Source: Lama guanicoe | Lineage: Eukaryota | Direction of reading: 5' to 3' | DNA: 64,000 nt | Assembly (NCBI GenBank): GCA_013239625.1 | Contig: MU054212.1 | Coordinates: 1,736,001-1,800,000, forward strand | Shown here: positions 1 to 13,321 of the stretch, in pieces | Numbering within the stretch: the stretch's first letter is position 1 | Layout: each line of letters begins with the position of its first letter | Made by a program: the position numbers and the translations under genes | The notes under the pieces: generated by a model | What the model was told of the DNA's origin: nothing | The model's database searches: none | Seen by the model: the letters and a program-made list of their open reading frames with translations, nothing else

Positions 1-1164
1 CAGTGCATGGAAATGTCAAAAATTCACTGGGCAGCCTGAATATACTGAAGAATCATCTTGTGCAAATTCACACCTCACCGAGGAGCTGAGAGATCTTTTA
101 ACCACCGTCAGACTCTAACTGTGCGCAGCAGGGTGGGATGGGGCTTCTGCTTTCTCCAAAGAAAAAGTCAGTGGAGGACCTAAAACAGGGAATGGTGGAG
201 GGTGGATTTGACAAGTGGTCCTGAGACCATTTAGAACCTGATACTCAGATGCCTGCAGAAAGGAATCTGCTAAGTATGGGTCGGAAGATGCAGGAGTTTG
301 GGGACCTGCAGTCCCCTTTCTGGCTTTAGTGCATTCTTTGCTGTGTTCACGTAACAATACTGAGAAGGCCTCATGTAAGTGAGCCAAGGGTTTGTGGGCC
401 CCAGGAGCTGACAGAGGGAGACAGCTGTCCTGTGGTGCTGGTTGGTCTAGATGACATCCACCATGAAGCCTGGACATATTCCCAAGATTCCAGGTGCAAG
501 GAAAGTTTGTAGGACAAGTAGGCCCTGCTCACCCCAGCTCATGGAAGAATTGCAATCTAGATGGGAGGAGGAGAGATTCTCAAGTGAAAAACTATTAGAT
601 ATAACTCAAGGACAAACGGCGGCGTGGGGCCAGTTCCACATGAACTGGAATTTTGGGAGGAGGGCCACCATGCATGGTTGTGGTGACTCTGGTGTCAGTC
701 AGTGTGCAATGGAGTGTTTGAGAAAGACCTGGCAAGGTTTGCTATGTGTGGAAGGTATCACTTGCAAAGGCACAGAGAAGGAAGGGGCTTTCGGAATGAA
801 AGCTGTGAAGATATGCGCAGAGAGCAGAATGGCCAGACCACCAAGGCATGCTGGAAAGTAGACCCGACAGGCTTCCTCTTCACAGCGAGAGCTACGCGGA
901 AGAGCATTTTGTGCTCCTTCCTCTTCATCTCAAGCTGTGTTAGATCCTAAGCCACAGCAATTAGGATTCTAGATCTTTCTGCATAAAACTATTTTTGCTA
1001 TTCCCCACCCTCTTCCCACCTGCATCCTCATACTCTGTAAGCTCCTATCTCACTGAGATTTTTTCATTATGTGCTACTAATTTATGCCTGTTTCTTTGCA
1101 AAGCTATTCTTGTAGACTGGATTGTTCTTTCCATACCACCTTCTTGTTTGTAAAGAAAATTCTG

Positions 1165-1468
1165 TCTCATCTCTCAAGACCCAATGGAAATATTATATTC
1201 TCCTTGAAGCAGAACTTTCTCCAATCTCCTCCATTCTAAAACAGAGCTAAGCAAGTTTTCCTTTTGCACCAACATAGTATCTTGAACAAAGCAAAAGGAT
1301 GGAGCCTGCACTGTAGTAGAATTATTTGTATTCACTTCTATCTACTGTATGAGACTAGGATCTCTCTGATGTAAAAAAAAAATGTTGATCCACTTTTATT
1401 TCCTTGGTGCCTCCAACAGCATACATTGTTGTGGGCAGTAAGCATTTCTTCAAGGTGACTGAATGATT
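1165..1468 (+). mobile_element. LINE L2 3' fragment (highly diverged)
   Basis: Resembles the L2 3' region (...ctcaagacccaatggaaatatt... through ...tttatttccttggtgcc...) and ends in a degenerate tgaatga tail. Confidence 0.55.
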
Positions 1469-2309
1469 CACGAGAAGGGCATTTTCAGTTTTTGGAGGCT
1501 CCTAAACATCAGAGGAAGACAGCCTATCAATGAGCCCTAAAGAACCCATGAGGTTCTTAAATAGGGGGTGACATTATAATTCCATTTTAGGCCATTTATT
1601 CCATTTATAAAGAAAATATTAATGGAAAGTAGGAGTCTAAGAAGATTTGTTGAGTAGATAGGAAGGCTGGAGGTTCTCCCTGGAGGAATACAATGTCTTA
1701 CTTCTTTGATAATCACTCCTTGGCACTTTAGCATCTTTAGATTCAGTAAACATCTCCAGAAGAAGATCATGGGTGAGATCTGAGCTGGGCATTGTTATAC
1801 AGAGTGGGTCTCAGCTGGAGCATCTGCTGTTGGATAACCTGAGCTTTCATATGGTATCTCAGAAAACCCTCCAGGTGCCCTGGAAGGCAGGAATAAATTA
1901 AAAACAAACAAACAAAAAAAAACTTCAGTATCACCTACAGTTCTAATCTCAGAAATTTTGTTAAATTACAACTTGAAACTGCTCACAATGGGAAGTGGTT
2001 CTATACAACTAAGGCAAATAATTTACCTGAAGGACAAGAACCAAATCTATGTGCATAGAATCTAGAAGAATTTCAAGGAACAACCAAAAAGGATAAAGAC
2101 AAATGAAATAGGTCCCATGAAGTTTAATAGAAGTTAGGCAATAAGAGGGGAGAGATGGTAGAACAGGCTAAATGGGACCAAGAAAAGTAGAAATGGTGAT
2201 TGGGTTCCTGAAGCAACAAAGAGGAGGTCCAGAGCAGGTAGGGATATGGAAACATTTTCTGTAGATGGTTCTAGGATTCTGAGCTTTATTTGTGAGGAAA
2301 TGTAGGTAG

Positions 2310-2712
2310 TATCTGGGGGAGATGTGGCAGAGCCAGACCAAACTCCAAAGATATCTGACCAAGGCTTCTGCTTCCCTGAATCCTCAGGTCTACATGGAGT
2401 CAAGTGATAAACAGAATATGAGCAGAAGTAGTCAAGTGTCACTTCCAGGCCAAGAAGGTTAAGTACCCAGTGTGCCTTCCCAACACTCTATTCTGCTTCT
2501 ATGGGCCCTGGACTAAAGTTGGAAGCATTCTCTGTGTGGGAGAATCCTGGATTCCTGAGTCATGGCTTGGAAGAGAGCCACCCAGGAAAATAGCCAGAAG
2601 AGGAATACTGATACTGGTCTTTGTGTGAAGGAGAAATAAACTCTTACTGTGTTAATCCTTTGGGATTTGAGGTTGCTCATTACAACCGTTGGCCTATCTT
2701 TATTAACTCAGG
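2310..2712 (+). mobile_element. MLT1-family MaLR solo LTR (old subfamily, MLT1I/J/K-like)
   Basis: Typical MLT1 blocks: atgagcagaagt...gtgtcacttccaggcc; gagaaataaactcttactgtgttaatcc; gggatttgaggttgctcattaca. Confidence 0.75.
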
Positions 2713-3569
2713 GTAAGAGGCTAGATTTCCAGGAAATTTTCGGAGAGCAGCTAAGCTACAGCCTAAATAATTATTTGAGGCCCGGCACAAGCAGGGCAGG
2801 AAGAGTGCTGGGTGGTCCTGGGGCAGATACAGAGCTAGGAGGAATCTAGGCCAGTAGTCCTTTTCCCCCATTGATTTTTGCTGGGGGCAGGCAGCCTTCG
2901 ACCTTTGATTTTAGCTGCCGATTAAGTTGTGTTCCCCCATCTGTCAGCACTCACTTCATTTCCTCTCATCTTTTTTCCCCTGCTTGAAGCTTCACAACCA
3001 TCGGGATCTTGAGTTCACTACCAGACACTTCCGAAGGGCTTTAAAAATGGTGCCCTTCCCCACGTGGGAGCGTCTCTTCCTCTCTCCTCCAAGACAAGTG
3101 CTCTCAGGGCTGTTTACTGTTAGAGAAAAACACTAAAGCTGGAGGCAGCTGATCTGCACAGAGGCTACAGCAGGGCAGAGTTCCATCTGGAGGAGCCTGG
3201 TGACCTACCGGGAGTTACGGCAAGGTGGAACTGCTCCTTTCTTTTCCCCAGAATGAGCCGTGAACACAACCAAGACCGAAGCAAGCTTTACAGCAAACAG
3301 GAACTAAAATGCGTACAGCAGGTGGCGGCTCAGATGCCAAGGCAAACCTCATTCCAGTTGAAGAGGGGACACAAAAATAGAATCGCATATGGCCCAGAGT
3401 GCTTGGAGTGGGGAAGAAGATTCTAAACCTCAGGACAAATCTGTAAGAGGGGCAGTGGGTGGAAATACATTCTCTCTCTTTCTCCCCCCTCATCGGTAAT
3501 TGCTTAAACAGACAAACCAACAAACCAACCAAGATGGCCACTGCTGGGTAACCAGCTCCTGAACACTGG

Positions 3570-3680
3570 CTGACATGCCCACGTGTCAGGTTTGCCCAGC
3601 TGTACAGATGCCACAGCTGATCTGGCTGCCGAGCGTGCCACATGTGGCGGCTGATCAGTCTGCACATGCCAATCACTTGA
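3570..3680. promoter_or_regulatory. Candidate enhancer: dense E-box cluster
   Basis: Eight CANNTG in 100 bp (3580, 3597, 3605, 3614, 3639, 3641, 3663, 3674), plus an inverted TGACA/TGTCA pair and CCAAT. The sequence is not recognisably repetitive. Confidence 0.4.
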
Positions 3681-4127
3681 TTTAGAATGGGCTGAGGAGG
3701 TGTGCAGAGCATGGAGGAAATTGCTCTCAGGTTCTTTTCTGCACCCGTGCTCCCTCTGGTCCCCTGGAGGAGAGAGTGAGGCCATGGTGAGAGCCAGCCC
3801 CTCCTTACAATGCTCTGTTTGGGTGTCATATCCGAGGACAGTGTTTGGTGCCACCTCCACCTCACCTCCGAGGAGGGCCTGGAGAATCAAGACAGATTGA
3901 AAGCTTTGCATAGTCAGGAGATCTGGCTCCCTTTTGTGGCAGATGCAAATTCTGTCACCAGACTGGGGGAAGGCAGGCCATTGGGCACTCTGGTTGGGAT
4001 TTCTGACATGAATAGAGATGCTTTTTGTGCCCTCTTTTCCTCCTTCCTTAGGATAATAGGCACACCGGAATGTGAACTTCCTGCACAGTGGAGGAGGTGG
4101 GGAATTGGCCAATGTAGCACTGAGGGG

Positions 4128-4137
4128 GTGTGTGTGT

Positions 4138-4169
<32 letters not shown>

Positions 4170-4188
4170 TTATTTGTGTGTGTGTGTG
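4128..4188. repeat. (TG)n microsatellite, interrupted
   Basis: Direct reading: gtgtgtg...cgtgtgcgtgtg...ttatt...tgtgtg. Confidence 0.95.
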
Positions 4189-4589
4189 GCACACAAGTGG
4201 TGTTTAGTCAGCATGTCTTCTGGAGTTTTCGTTACCAGTTTGAGTAGCCATCTGAGGGACTCCCAGGGAAGGCTGGCTGGAGATAGCAAATAAAAAAAGC
4301 CCCAGGGTCCAAACAGCTGCCTGTAGAATGAAGAGGCCCCAGAAGTGGCGGGTTATGCTTCTGAGCCAACAGAGTGTGGTCAGGGGGACAGTCCCCGGTG
4401 TTCATCTGCTCCCGTCCCAATCAAGTCCTTGACCCTGATTGCAGAAATCTTGTCCTCAGACCCAGGTTCCTCTCCTCTCTCTAAGCACTGGTTCGTGCAT
4501 CTAACCAACAGCCTGGCGCCTGGCCTGCCTTCCCTTCATAACCTCTCTGATCCCCTTTCCAGAGGAACCTCCCCCTTCCCTCTGCGGTG

Positions 4590-4770
4590 TTTGTTGTGTG
4601 AACATCTCACAGAATTCTGCCATTCGTCTTATGGTGTGTGAACCTCTCTAGATAATTAGTGCAGTGGGTGCTGGCACCCTGTCTGGTACATTTTGGCATC
4701 TCTACACAGTGCCAATAATAGTGCTGTTCAACAGTTAGGCCTGAAATACATTTTGGCTAAAATGAGTTAG
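4590..4770 (+). mobile_element. LINE L2 3' fragment
   Basis: ...ccctgtctggtacattttggcatctctacacagtgccaataatagtgctgttcaacagttaggcctgaaatacatttt... matches the layout of the L2 3' terminus. Confidence 0.5.
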
Positions 4771-6850
4771 TTCTCTGGAAGCAGCAACTTGAAGATTAGC
4801 GCCTGCAAACTCTATGCCTCAGGAGAAAATATTAAAAACAAAAACCCTCCACAGGGCCCAAGCTCTCCCTTCTCAAAGCTTCCTCTTCCTTCCTGTTGCC
4901 TGAGAAATCACGCAAGGCTTCGCTGATCATCTCCCCACCCGCCGTGAGACCATTGGAAACTTCCCCCCTTTGCTATCACTGTCTCGGGCTCCCAAGCCAG
5001 GATCACTCATTGCTAAGTTTTGGTTTTTCAGGCTCATGCAGAAGTATTTTCATTTGTGCCCTTTTTCCATCTGACTCTTTAAACAAATCCTTCTCGACTT
5101 CAGATCTTTGCACAAACCTCCCATGTCATCATTGGGGAGCTCTGGGCCCAGAGCAAAGGTAGGAAGCAAAAAGCCCCAAATCTGCACGTTTTATTTCATT
5201 GGTACATGTATTTAATCCATCTGCAAACTGTTCATTGGATAGCGTTGCAGGCTCCTCTCTCTGGGAACACTAAGGTATGTGTATTCAACAGTGGAAAATA
5301 AACATAAGATTTTATTACAAAGTGCCACCGCCGCTCCTGGCATGAGTAATTTGTGCACCTGCATTTTTAAAATGTTTCAAAGTTTTTCTCCTTGGTGGAT
5401 TCCACAGTAACACACATTAGCTTCCCGGCTGTCACAGCCCGGGTCTTGTAGGTTCCCGTCACTTCTGCCTGTGCTACCCTGAAATCGTTGTCTTCAGAGA
5501 AGAGTGCAAGCTCATGTGGTGACCACGTGGAAGCCTTGGAGAAGAGGGGTGCCTGTTTTGTCCTGATAAACGCTTTCCTCCCAAGAATTAGCAGAAGTAT
5601 GGAAGTGTTAATCCCAAGTGCCAAGGGGGAGGGGACGGACCATCAAGGGAGGAATTAAGGTCAGGATCTGTGGTCCTCAGACATGGGGATGGTTTCAGAG
5701 CTGCCCCCTCTGTCGTGCTCTTTACCTCTCAGCCTGCTTCTTCTTAAGCACAGGGACCCAGGCACTTGCAGCTCATCCCTGAGGTTCTTCAGCAAAGAAA
5801 ACAACCCCATACAAACCAGAGGCAACTGAGACACCCAGTCAGTGAGAAAGCCTGGGAAGTGGTAGAGAGGCATTGGAAGTGGAGGGCACTATTATTCTGA
5901 ATGGGGTAGAGCATCCTGGCTGTCTTTTATCTTTCACTTCCCCTTCTTTTGCAATGATTCTGATTTTTGCAGGTGTCTAAAGTCAGTCTGTATGCTCAGC
6001 GCTCACTAACGATTTCCCCTGTGATATCTGTAATCTCCTGGAATGTTTGTTGGTTCCTTCCAATGTCCCCCACAACAACCCAGAAGGCTGGCAATTCCAA
6101 GTCATCTTAGGCACATTAATACTTTCTTAAAGTCATATTGCAACGTATTGCACACTTCTCCCTGGAACGGCAGGTCTCAGAGGAAGGTGATAATGACCCA
6201 GCTCTACACCAACTTGATCGTTAGAGTCTCTGTCTCTCCAAGCAACACCAGGCGGAAAACTCGATCTAAAGACTATTTATTTATCTGTCCAATGCTGCAA
6301 ATAGAGACAGAGGGAGCTCCACTGATGGGATCGCTGGGTGTGAAATCTTCATTGTTCAGTGTGATCAAGAGCAATGGCATGCTTGTTTCATTTAAATAAT
6401 ACCGAGGTTTCAAACACTGCACACCATCTGCCTTGGGAGCTGCCTGGCCCAGGCACAGGATTGAATATATGTGGCATTTGGAATGGTTTAAATGCAAACT
6501 TGTTCCAGTTTTAGTTCAGGAGGTAGTAATGCAGTAGTAGGTGTTGTCTACAATACTGAGGATCAAGTCCTCAATTCTTGCTGTGGACGACTGCCATCTC
6601 TGACCTTGACTGTCTACAAGAATAATTTTCATATGATTCCCTCTCAGAAGAATAAGAATTGCACCTTGATATCCTCTGAGTTTGTGTACCGATGTTTTAG
6701 TCAAGTCATAAGTTTAAATTCAGGGAAAGATTTTTCAGAGAATCCCTTAGAACTTTCTAACTGGTTGCTTTGGCAAGTCCTGCCTCAAATGGATGTATGA
6801 ACCTTGTCCCAAAGCAAAGACTCTTTGAATTGTCACTAAAACCACAAATT

Positions 6851-6929
6851 CATATACATGTGCACACCTGCATGTGTCTGCGTGTGTGCACGTGCATGCG
6901 CATGTGCACACACACACACACACACACAC
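6851..6929. repeat. Alternating purine-pyrimidine tract ending in (CA)n
   Basis: catatacatgtgcac...gtgtgtgcacgtgcatgcgcatgtgcacacacacacacacacacacac. Confidence 0.9.
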
Positions 6930-9900
6930 CAGTTTATTTGGAGAGAAATCAAAGCCTTACTTTGACATAGTTATCTGGATTGTCTTGTGCCCAGGTTGCT
7001 CATGAAATGTTACTCTGCCTACAGAATACGAGAGGCAGACTGGGTGATAATTGAGGAAGTGGGTGCCATGGTTGGCTGGGGTGTACATTGAATAGCACTT
7101 GATCAACATTGCTCAGGCTCTGGCCACAGTTTTAGGCAAAGAGGCTATTTGAATTAATTATCTTATTGATTCAGAGTGAGAACTGTATTTAGATAAGTGA
7201 TGCTGTTAAAAATGAACCCTACAATTCTATCACCTTCACATAATTAAGGTCTCTTGTTCTCCCCATCACAGATCTTACATGATTTGGGGGTGCGGTGGGT
7301 AGAGTGAGGCTCTGCACTGTGTAGTCATCCAGGGATCCAGTCTCTTTCCATCTTTTGTCGGCTCCATCTCCACCACGTGGCCTCCAAGGTAAGGACAGAA
7401 AACAAAAGGGAGCAAAGAGTATGGAGAGCATATGCACCACCATTCACAGCCCTGGTGCCGAAGCCTGTCTTCAGCACAAAAGGGGTGGTGAATACAAGCT
7501 CACCGGTGCCAGGAGAGGGGCCAGTCTCGCCACTGATACCTGCCTTTATTATCTGGATATTTCATGTGACAGTGTCCAGCTCCCATCACCAATAATTGTT
7601 TTATTTCTCTCCTCATCACATCTTGGTGCTGGTGGAAGGAACACTTTGCAGAAGGCCATGTTCCCAAAGTTTTCCTTCATAGGTACTAATTCAGTGCCTT
7701 GTGTGACAACAATGGCCTCAGGACGAGTTGTTCTGAATGGAGCTGATTATAATTATGCAATGACCACACATATGCCCGAGATGCCCCTCAATCAGTCTCA
7801 ACCTCAACCACTTCAGCCCACTTTAGTTATTCTTTATGGTAGCGGAACTTCTTTCATTTGCAGTCTGAAAAAGGCACTATGAAATTAAGCTATAAATAAT
7901 GTTTTATTATACAGTTTAAAGGCACCATATTTTGAAACATGATAGTAGCATATAATACCCAATCATTTCCCATTGTCCATTATTTAAACTTGCTTTTGAC
8001 GTAACTTCTCCTAAACAATGCTTCTGACCTACTGGGCCTACATTCTCCAAATGTTGATAATATTTTTTCAGTCATTCTAAAAGATTTCTTATATTTGTGA
8101 CCTGTCCTATCTTTGAAGTTGCGATTGGAAACAACAGAATAATGATAGTCCTTCAACAATTTTGTTAAATGGGAATTGGACCACTTGGAATAGAAGCTAC
8201 ATTGTTCATGGCTCCAGTTTCATATGTTTGTATGCAGCCACTCTCTTGTGCCCAAAATAAATTTGCTGTAGTGTTTGTCTCTATTCTAAACACACTGTAC
8301 AAACAAGGGCTTCATCTCAGGAGAATCATGTTCCATCTTGATGATGAAATGCAGATTTGTCATTAAAAGGCAAATTCTTCATTTTCAAAAGCTAACTAAG
8401 AATGATGCTTGAAAAGATTTTAGCTAATGAAATCTAGCTCCCCCCCTCAAAAAAAGAAGAATTTAGGAATATATGCTGGAACTTAGCTCAGAGTATTTCA
8501 TTTGATTTCAAAATGCGTAAGTTTTCTTTTTCTCCATGGTCTTGCCTTATGGTATCTTGTTGTGTAGAGACTAGCAAACCAATGTCGATCGCCTTGTTGA
8601 GCTCAGAAACACTGCCTGCTTGGTGTGTCTGGTTTATTTCCATGCCTTGTGGCCAGTGAAGCAAAACCTGTGTAGTTTCTGGCTGCCCCGTTGAGGAAGC
8701 TGTACCTGGAGTGGTGCCATCACTCTATAACCTGCTCTCCATCCACAGCCCCATCTTCCATCTGGTAGATTCTCTCTCTACTTTCTAGTCCTTTCTGCAT
8801 CTTCTTTGAAGCAACTTGTGCAAGAAGGGAAGACAGAGGTTCCTCTTTCTCCCCAACATTTCTCTCAGCTCAGGCTGATTTTTCAGTTTGGACTCTGCTT
8901 TGGGTGTTTCTAGGTTTTGAGGGGCTATAGAGACTTTGCAGCTCCCCAAATTGTCCTTGTAGACTTCGGCTTCTTGCAGCCTCCTCAGTCAATTCCCTAC
9001 AAATGTCCAAATATGGAAGTCCCATTTTACTCCCTAATTTCTCTTCCCATGGCTTGGGTGAGCCACAGTGGACAGTGGACATAGGTTGCTGCTGTGGACC
9101 GGCTGAGGAAAAATGATGAAAGGAACTCTCTAACTGCACGCAGCATAGGCACTCTCAAATAACCAAAGGCTCGCATAGGGGTGGTAGCCCAGTGAAGAGG
9201 GAGGTTCCCAGGAGAAATTGCCAGAACCTTAGGAAGATGCAACAAACCCATTTGCTGGAAGAGGTATCCACGCTGTTTCCTATGGGGCACCGGGAAACCA
9301 GGCATCAAACACCTTTTTGTGTTTTTTTTTTTTTCTTTGCTGCAAACTCCAGCATGACTTTGGAAATTCAATTTCAAACTGTTCCACACGTTCCTCACCC
9401 TCAGGACTAGGCATGGAGAAATTAGACCCAGGGTTTCACAAGGATAATGGTAGAGTGGAATGGACTGATTGACAGAGGAGGTTTTACATGCCCATGGCTT
9501 CTCAGTGCTGAAGAATGCAGACAAGGCATCTGTTAGACCAACATGGTGGTCTCCAGGGTGCCCAGGGGTCCATGCCATGGCCCTGAATAAAAAAGCCTTT
9601 TGGGAGACAAGCAGCAGTGACCCACACATCTCGAGGCAAAGCTGTGTGGCTCACCCTGATGTTAACCTGGATGAAGGAAGGAACTGAGTGACATTACAAC
9701 CCAAAGTGATTTCATTTCATCATTTTGTACACATACATTCATGATGTGCTATATGTTATATATAATTTACTAAAGCATGCTTTTAAAAATAGATTTGAGG
9801 AGCATGGGGACCCCAGAAGCGTATGTTATTGTACTGGGCTTGAGTTTCTCTTTCCCTCCCACGAGGGACCTCTGAGGGTCTATTTGAGGGCATGAATATG

Positions 9901-10294
9901 GAAAATTCAGCTCCAGCTCCCCAGCCCCACTCCCCAAACAGCACTGCAGAACTGTGCTAAGCTCTTGCGGTTTTGAAAGAACAGATGCAAGAGACAAAAT
10001 AAGTACAAAAGGAATTTGGGGAATGGGTCCTAAGAATCACCACATTTCCTATCACTCTCAGAAATTGCATTTCTTTTCAGGGGTCCTGTACATCTGTGTG
10101 GCTCCAAACCACCAATTATTTTTCCAAGCACCATAATTACAGCCTTCTCCTGAAAATGCCAAACACTCAAATGGAATACAGCTTCAGAAATTTTCACTTA
10201 CGTTAATTGGCTCCAATTACTCAGACCTGCTTTGGCCCCCTCAAAACACATGGGAGCCAAGTTCTCTTTTTCTCTTCCCGTTGACATTTTCCAC

Positions 10295-10558
10295 AAAAGG
10301 AAAAGAAGGAAGAAAGGGAGGGAGGGAGAGGGAGGGAGAGAGAGGGAGAGAGGGAGAAAGAGAGAGAAAAAAAAGAAAGAAAGAGAGAACAAAAGAAAGA
10401 AAGAAAGAGAAAGGAAGAAAGAAAGAGAAAGGAAGAAAGAAAGAGAAAGGAAGAAAGAAAGAGAAAGGAAGAAAGAAAGAGAAAGGAAGAAAGAAAGAGA
10501 AAGGAAGGAAGGAAGAAAGGAAGAAAGGAGGATAGAAAGGAAGAAAGGAGGAAAGAAA
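10295..10558. repeat. Polypurine (GA-rich) tract with an 18-bp tandem array
   Basis: About 264 bp of A/G with only two pyrimidines (10390, 10533). Five perfect copies of aaggaagaaagaaagaga at 10411-10500. Confidence 0.95.
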
Positions 10559-13321
10559 TGAAGGCTAAGGTAGCTACACCTGATTTCTACACATTTTATT
10601 AGACTACAGTTTCACCAGGACAGGAAGTGTAATTGAAGGAGGCAGGGAGGACCCCATATCTGCATGGGCACTGAGAAGCCGCCAACGTCCCAGGCCTTCC
10701 TCTTGAACAACTCTGAATGGAATCTTTTGAGTTTTGTTTGCTGAATGTACGTGCACGTCAAAGATTGTGGCCATGGGTTATATAAGATGTTCATTTCCAA
10801 TTAGCACTGCTTAAAACATGAGCTTCAACTTGGCATGCACAGCGACAGCTGCCGAGCTCTGCTCTGAAAGGTGGGGCAGGTTGGGTGGTGAGTAAGCCTC
10901 TTGCTGAGCAGTTGTGTGAACTGTTAGCTGAGGTAACATTTGGAAGCAGCCCTGTTTGTAGACAGATTCATCTCAGATTAACAACACTCTACATGGCATA
11001 ATAAAAGACACATAAGGACACATTTTCAGAGACCTGATCTGGGAGTGACGCATGCAGGCCCAGAGACTGTTGGGCCATTTTGGCCCTTTGACTCCTCAAG
11101 TGACCACTTGGAGAACTGACCGCTTCTGTGTCTCATTTCCCGTCTGTGCCGCCATGGAAACCCCATTTTCTAACTCGATGAAGATTCAGAGATATTGCCT
11201 CCTTACTCCAAGACCTGGTATGGTAGGAAGAGCTACTGGGAAAATCAGTTTAATTTACTCATTTTAACCAAATCTAATTAACCAAATTTAATTAACCCAT
11301 TTGCTGAGGTTAATGAAACCCTTGTTAACTTGAGTCAGGAGGGGGATGAAAAGGAGGGCCTTTTAAGCTCAGATCCCAAATAGTCTCCTTACTTTAGGGA
11401 GCCATGGACCTGACAAAGACAGAGCACTGGGTTGGAACTCTGAACCTTTTCCCAGGAAGGCAGTCGAGGGGGCATTCTGCAGGGAGACAGGATGGGAAAT
11501 GTAGCCAGCACTCTAGTCTCTCCTAAAGTTGTTCAGAGCTCAAAATTGTCATTTAGTCTAAAACACAGGGGATTATAAGAATCAAGGACATATTTTGTAA
11601 AACTGCAGCAGGACACTCCAATGCCAAGTGGAAGTGGCCTGGCGTCCACCCACGCTGTCTAGTAGCTGATCTGCTGCTCCGTGTTATCAGAGGGCGTCCT
11701 TCCCAGTCAACAGTGTTTGCAAGGCAGCCATAAAGACGCAGAGCGATGGATCTCTTGCCTGGAGTTCAGCATCAGTGTGATGAACTGACAAGCTCACTGG
11801 GTGTTTTAGTTGCCAGGTGTCACTGTCATAAAGCTCCCCTTAATCTGGCCTTGGCTGACCCAGTTCAGAGGCTTTGAACACCACTCAGGCTGGTGCCATG
11901 CCCTCCTCTGCAGTGATGCTTCCTTAGCTGTTCCTGAGGTCTACTGACCCTGGGGAGACAGCTTCCTAAGCATTTCCGTGACAGGAAGGTGGCTTACTTT
12001 TTTTCTGAACATCAAGCTTGTTCCCAGGAGGTGGAGAACGGGGAAGACCTCTGCACACGTGCAGAAGGAAGGCGCTAAATAGGAACCCTCTGCAGTCAGA
12101 GAACATCTGCTGGGGAATGGAGGAGGTTGAGAGTTCCGGAGGGCAAGGTTTCAGAAATCCATGGGAGTTTTTTCTTCTTGATTCAAAAGATGGTGTGATC
12201 AGCTCAGGGCTGATATGGCCAAGAGAAGAGATTTGGGGATCTCACACATCACTGAATGCAATGGGCTCAAAATCTAAGGTTGAGACAGGAGGGGCTCAAA
12301 GTAGCATGAGATGCACTTTTCTCCACTCTTAAAAAGCTATTGCTTCCAATCAAGCTCTCTGTGTCCATGACTTTGAGTTAAAAGAGCAGAAATGCAAAAT
12401 GAAGCATGTCTGTACTTTAAAGGGATACACTCAGCAAGTCCCCATCTCCTTCAGTCTTTTGAAAGAGGAATGTACCAAGTTGCTAGATGAACAATTTTGT
12501 TCTTGATCCACCAAACAGGGAAGAGAAAAAAAACTGAGTGCTAGGGGAGGGATTTCTGCAGACTAGAACGTCAGTGGGAAAACACAGGAACAAGAACTTG
12601 GATAGGATTTACCACAAGAGCAGAGCTTTTTCTTTATTATTTTAGTCTTTTTCAAAAGAATTTTCCTGGGGTGCTAGAAAAACTCAATGAAAAGGCATCA
12701 CGTATTCACTTATGGGAGGAGACAGCACTTTCTTTTTCTACATTAAAAAAAGTATAATAAAAATTGACATTATGAAACAAAATATTTTGAGAGTGTTTTT
12801 CTAAAAGTTGTCTAGCCTTTTGAAAAGTCCTCTTTTCCTAAAATGTCTCAGGTTTTCTCCATCTCCCTCATCCATTATCCAGATAAATGCCTCTGAATAA
12901 CTTTTAGCCATAATTCTGGGGCAAAAGTGGTTTAGGTGTACTGGAATTGAAATAATCCTATGTTACTGAATTGATCAAGTGTATTCCTTGTGGAGTCCTC
13001 TTTATACTCCCCTTAGAAGATCAGCAAGGCCAAGAATTCATTCATGGAGCAAATATTCATTACCGCTTTTGGGGACACCAAAGAGTACAAGCCATGGATT
13101 TTGCAATTAGGGAGCGATTGATTCAGTTAGTGACGTAAGACCAACACACAAAAATAGGGTTGAAGTTGCATGTTGCCAACCACAGGCAAATCAAGTCAGA
13201 ACTGACACATTTCTGATTCTGATTCCCAAGTTCTCACTTAAGTTCATAATTAAAAGTATATTTCCCCCAGCTTTCCTTTGTGACCTTCCCTTAGATGCCT
13301 GAAGAACAATGGGATATGTTA

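Noticed and set aside
3215..4293. Overlapping long ORFs (216, 202, 145 aa)
   Set aside because: No recognisable domain, several non-ATG starts, both strands open in moderately GC-rich DNA, and partly (TG)n-derived.
7355..7882. 175-aa ORF
   Set aside because: Non-ATG start, no recognisable homology and no convincing exon boundaries.
9027..9629. 200-aa minus-strand ORF
   Set aside because: No recognisable protein family and composition typical of a chance ORF.
10411..10500. CRISPR-like array
   Set aside because: Head-to-tail 18-mers without unique spacers, eukaryotic context and no cas genes.
10232..10561. Lys/Glu/Arg-rich ORFs (109 aa, 84 aa)
   Set aside because: They are translations of the GA-rich simple repeat, which cannot contain stop codons.
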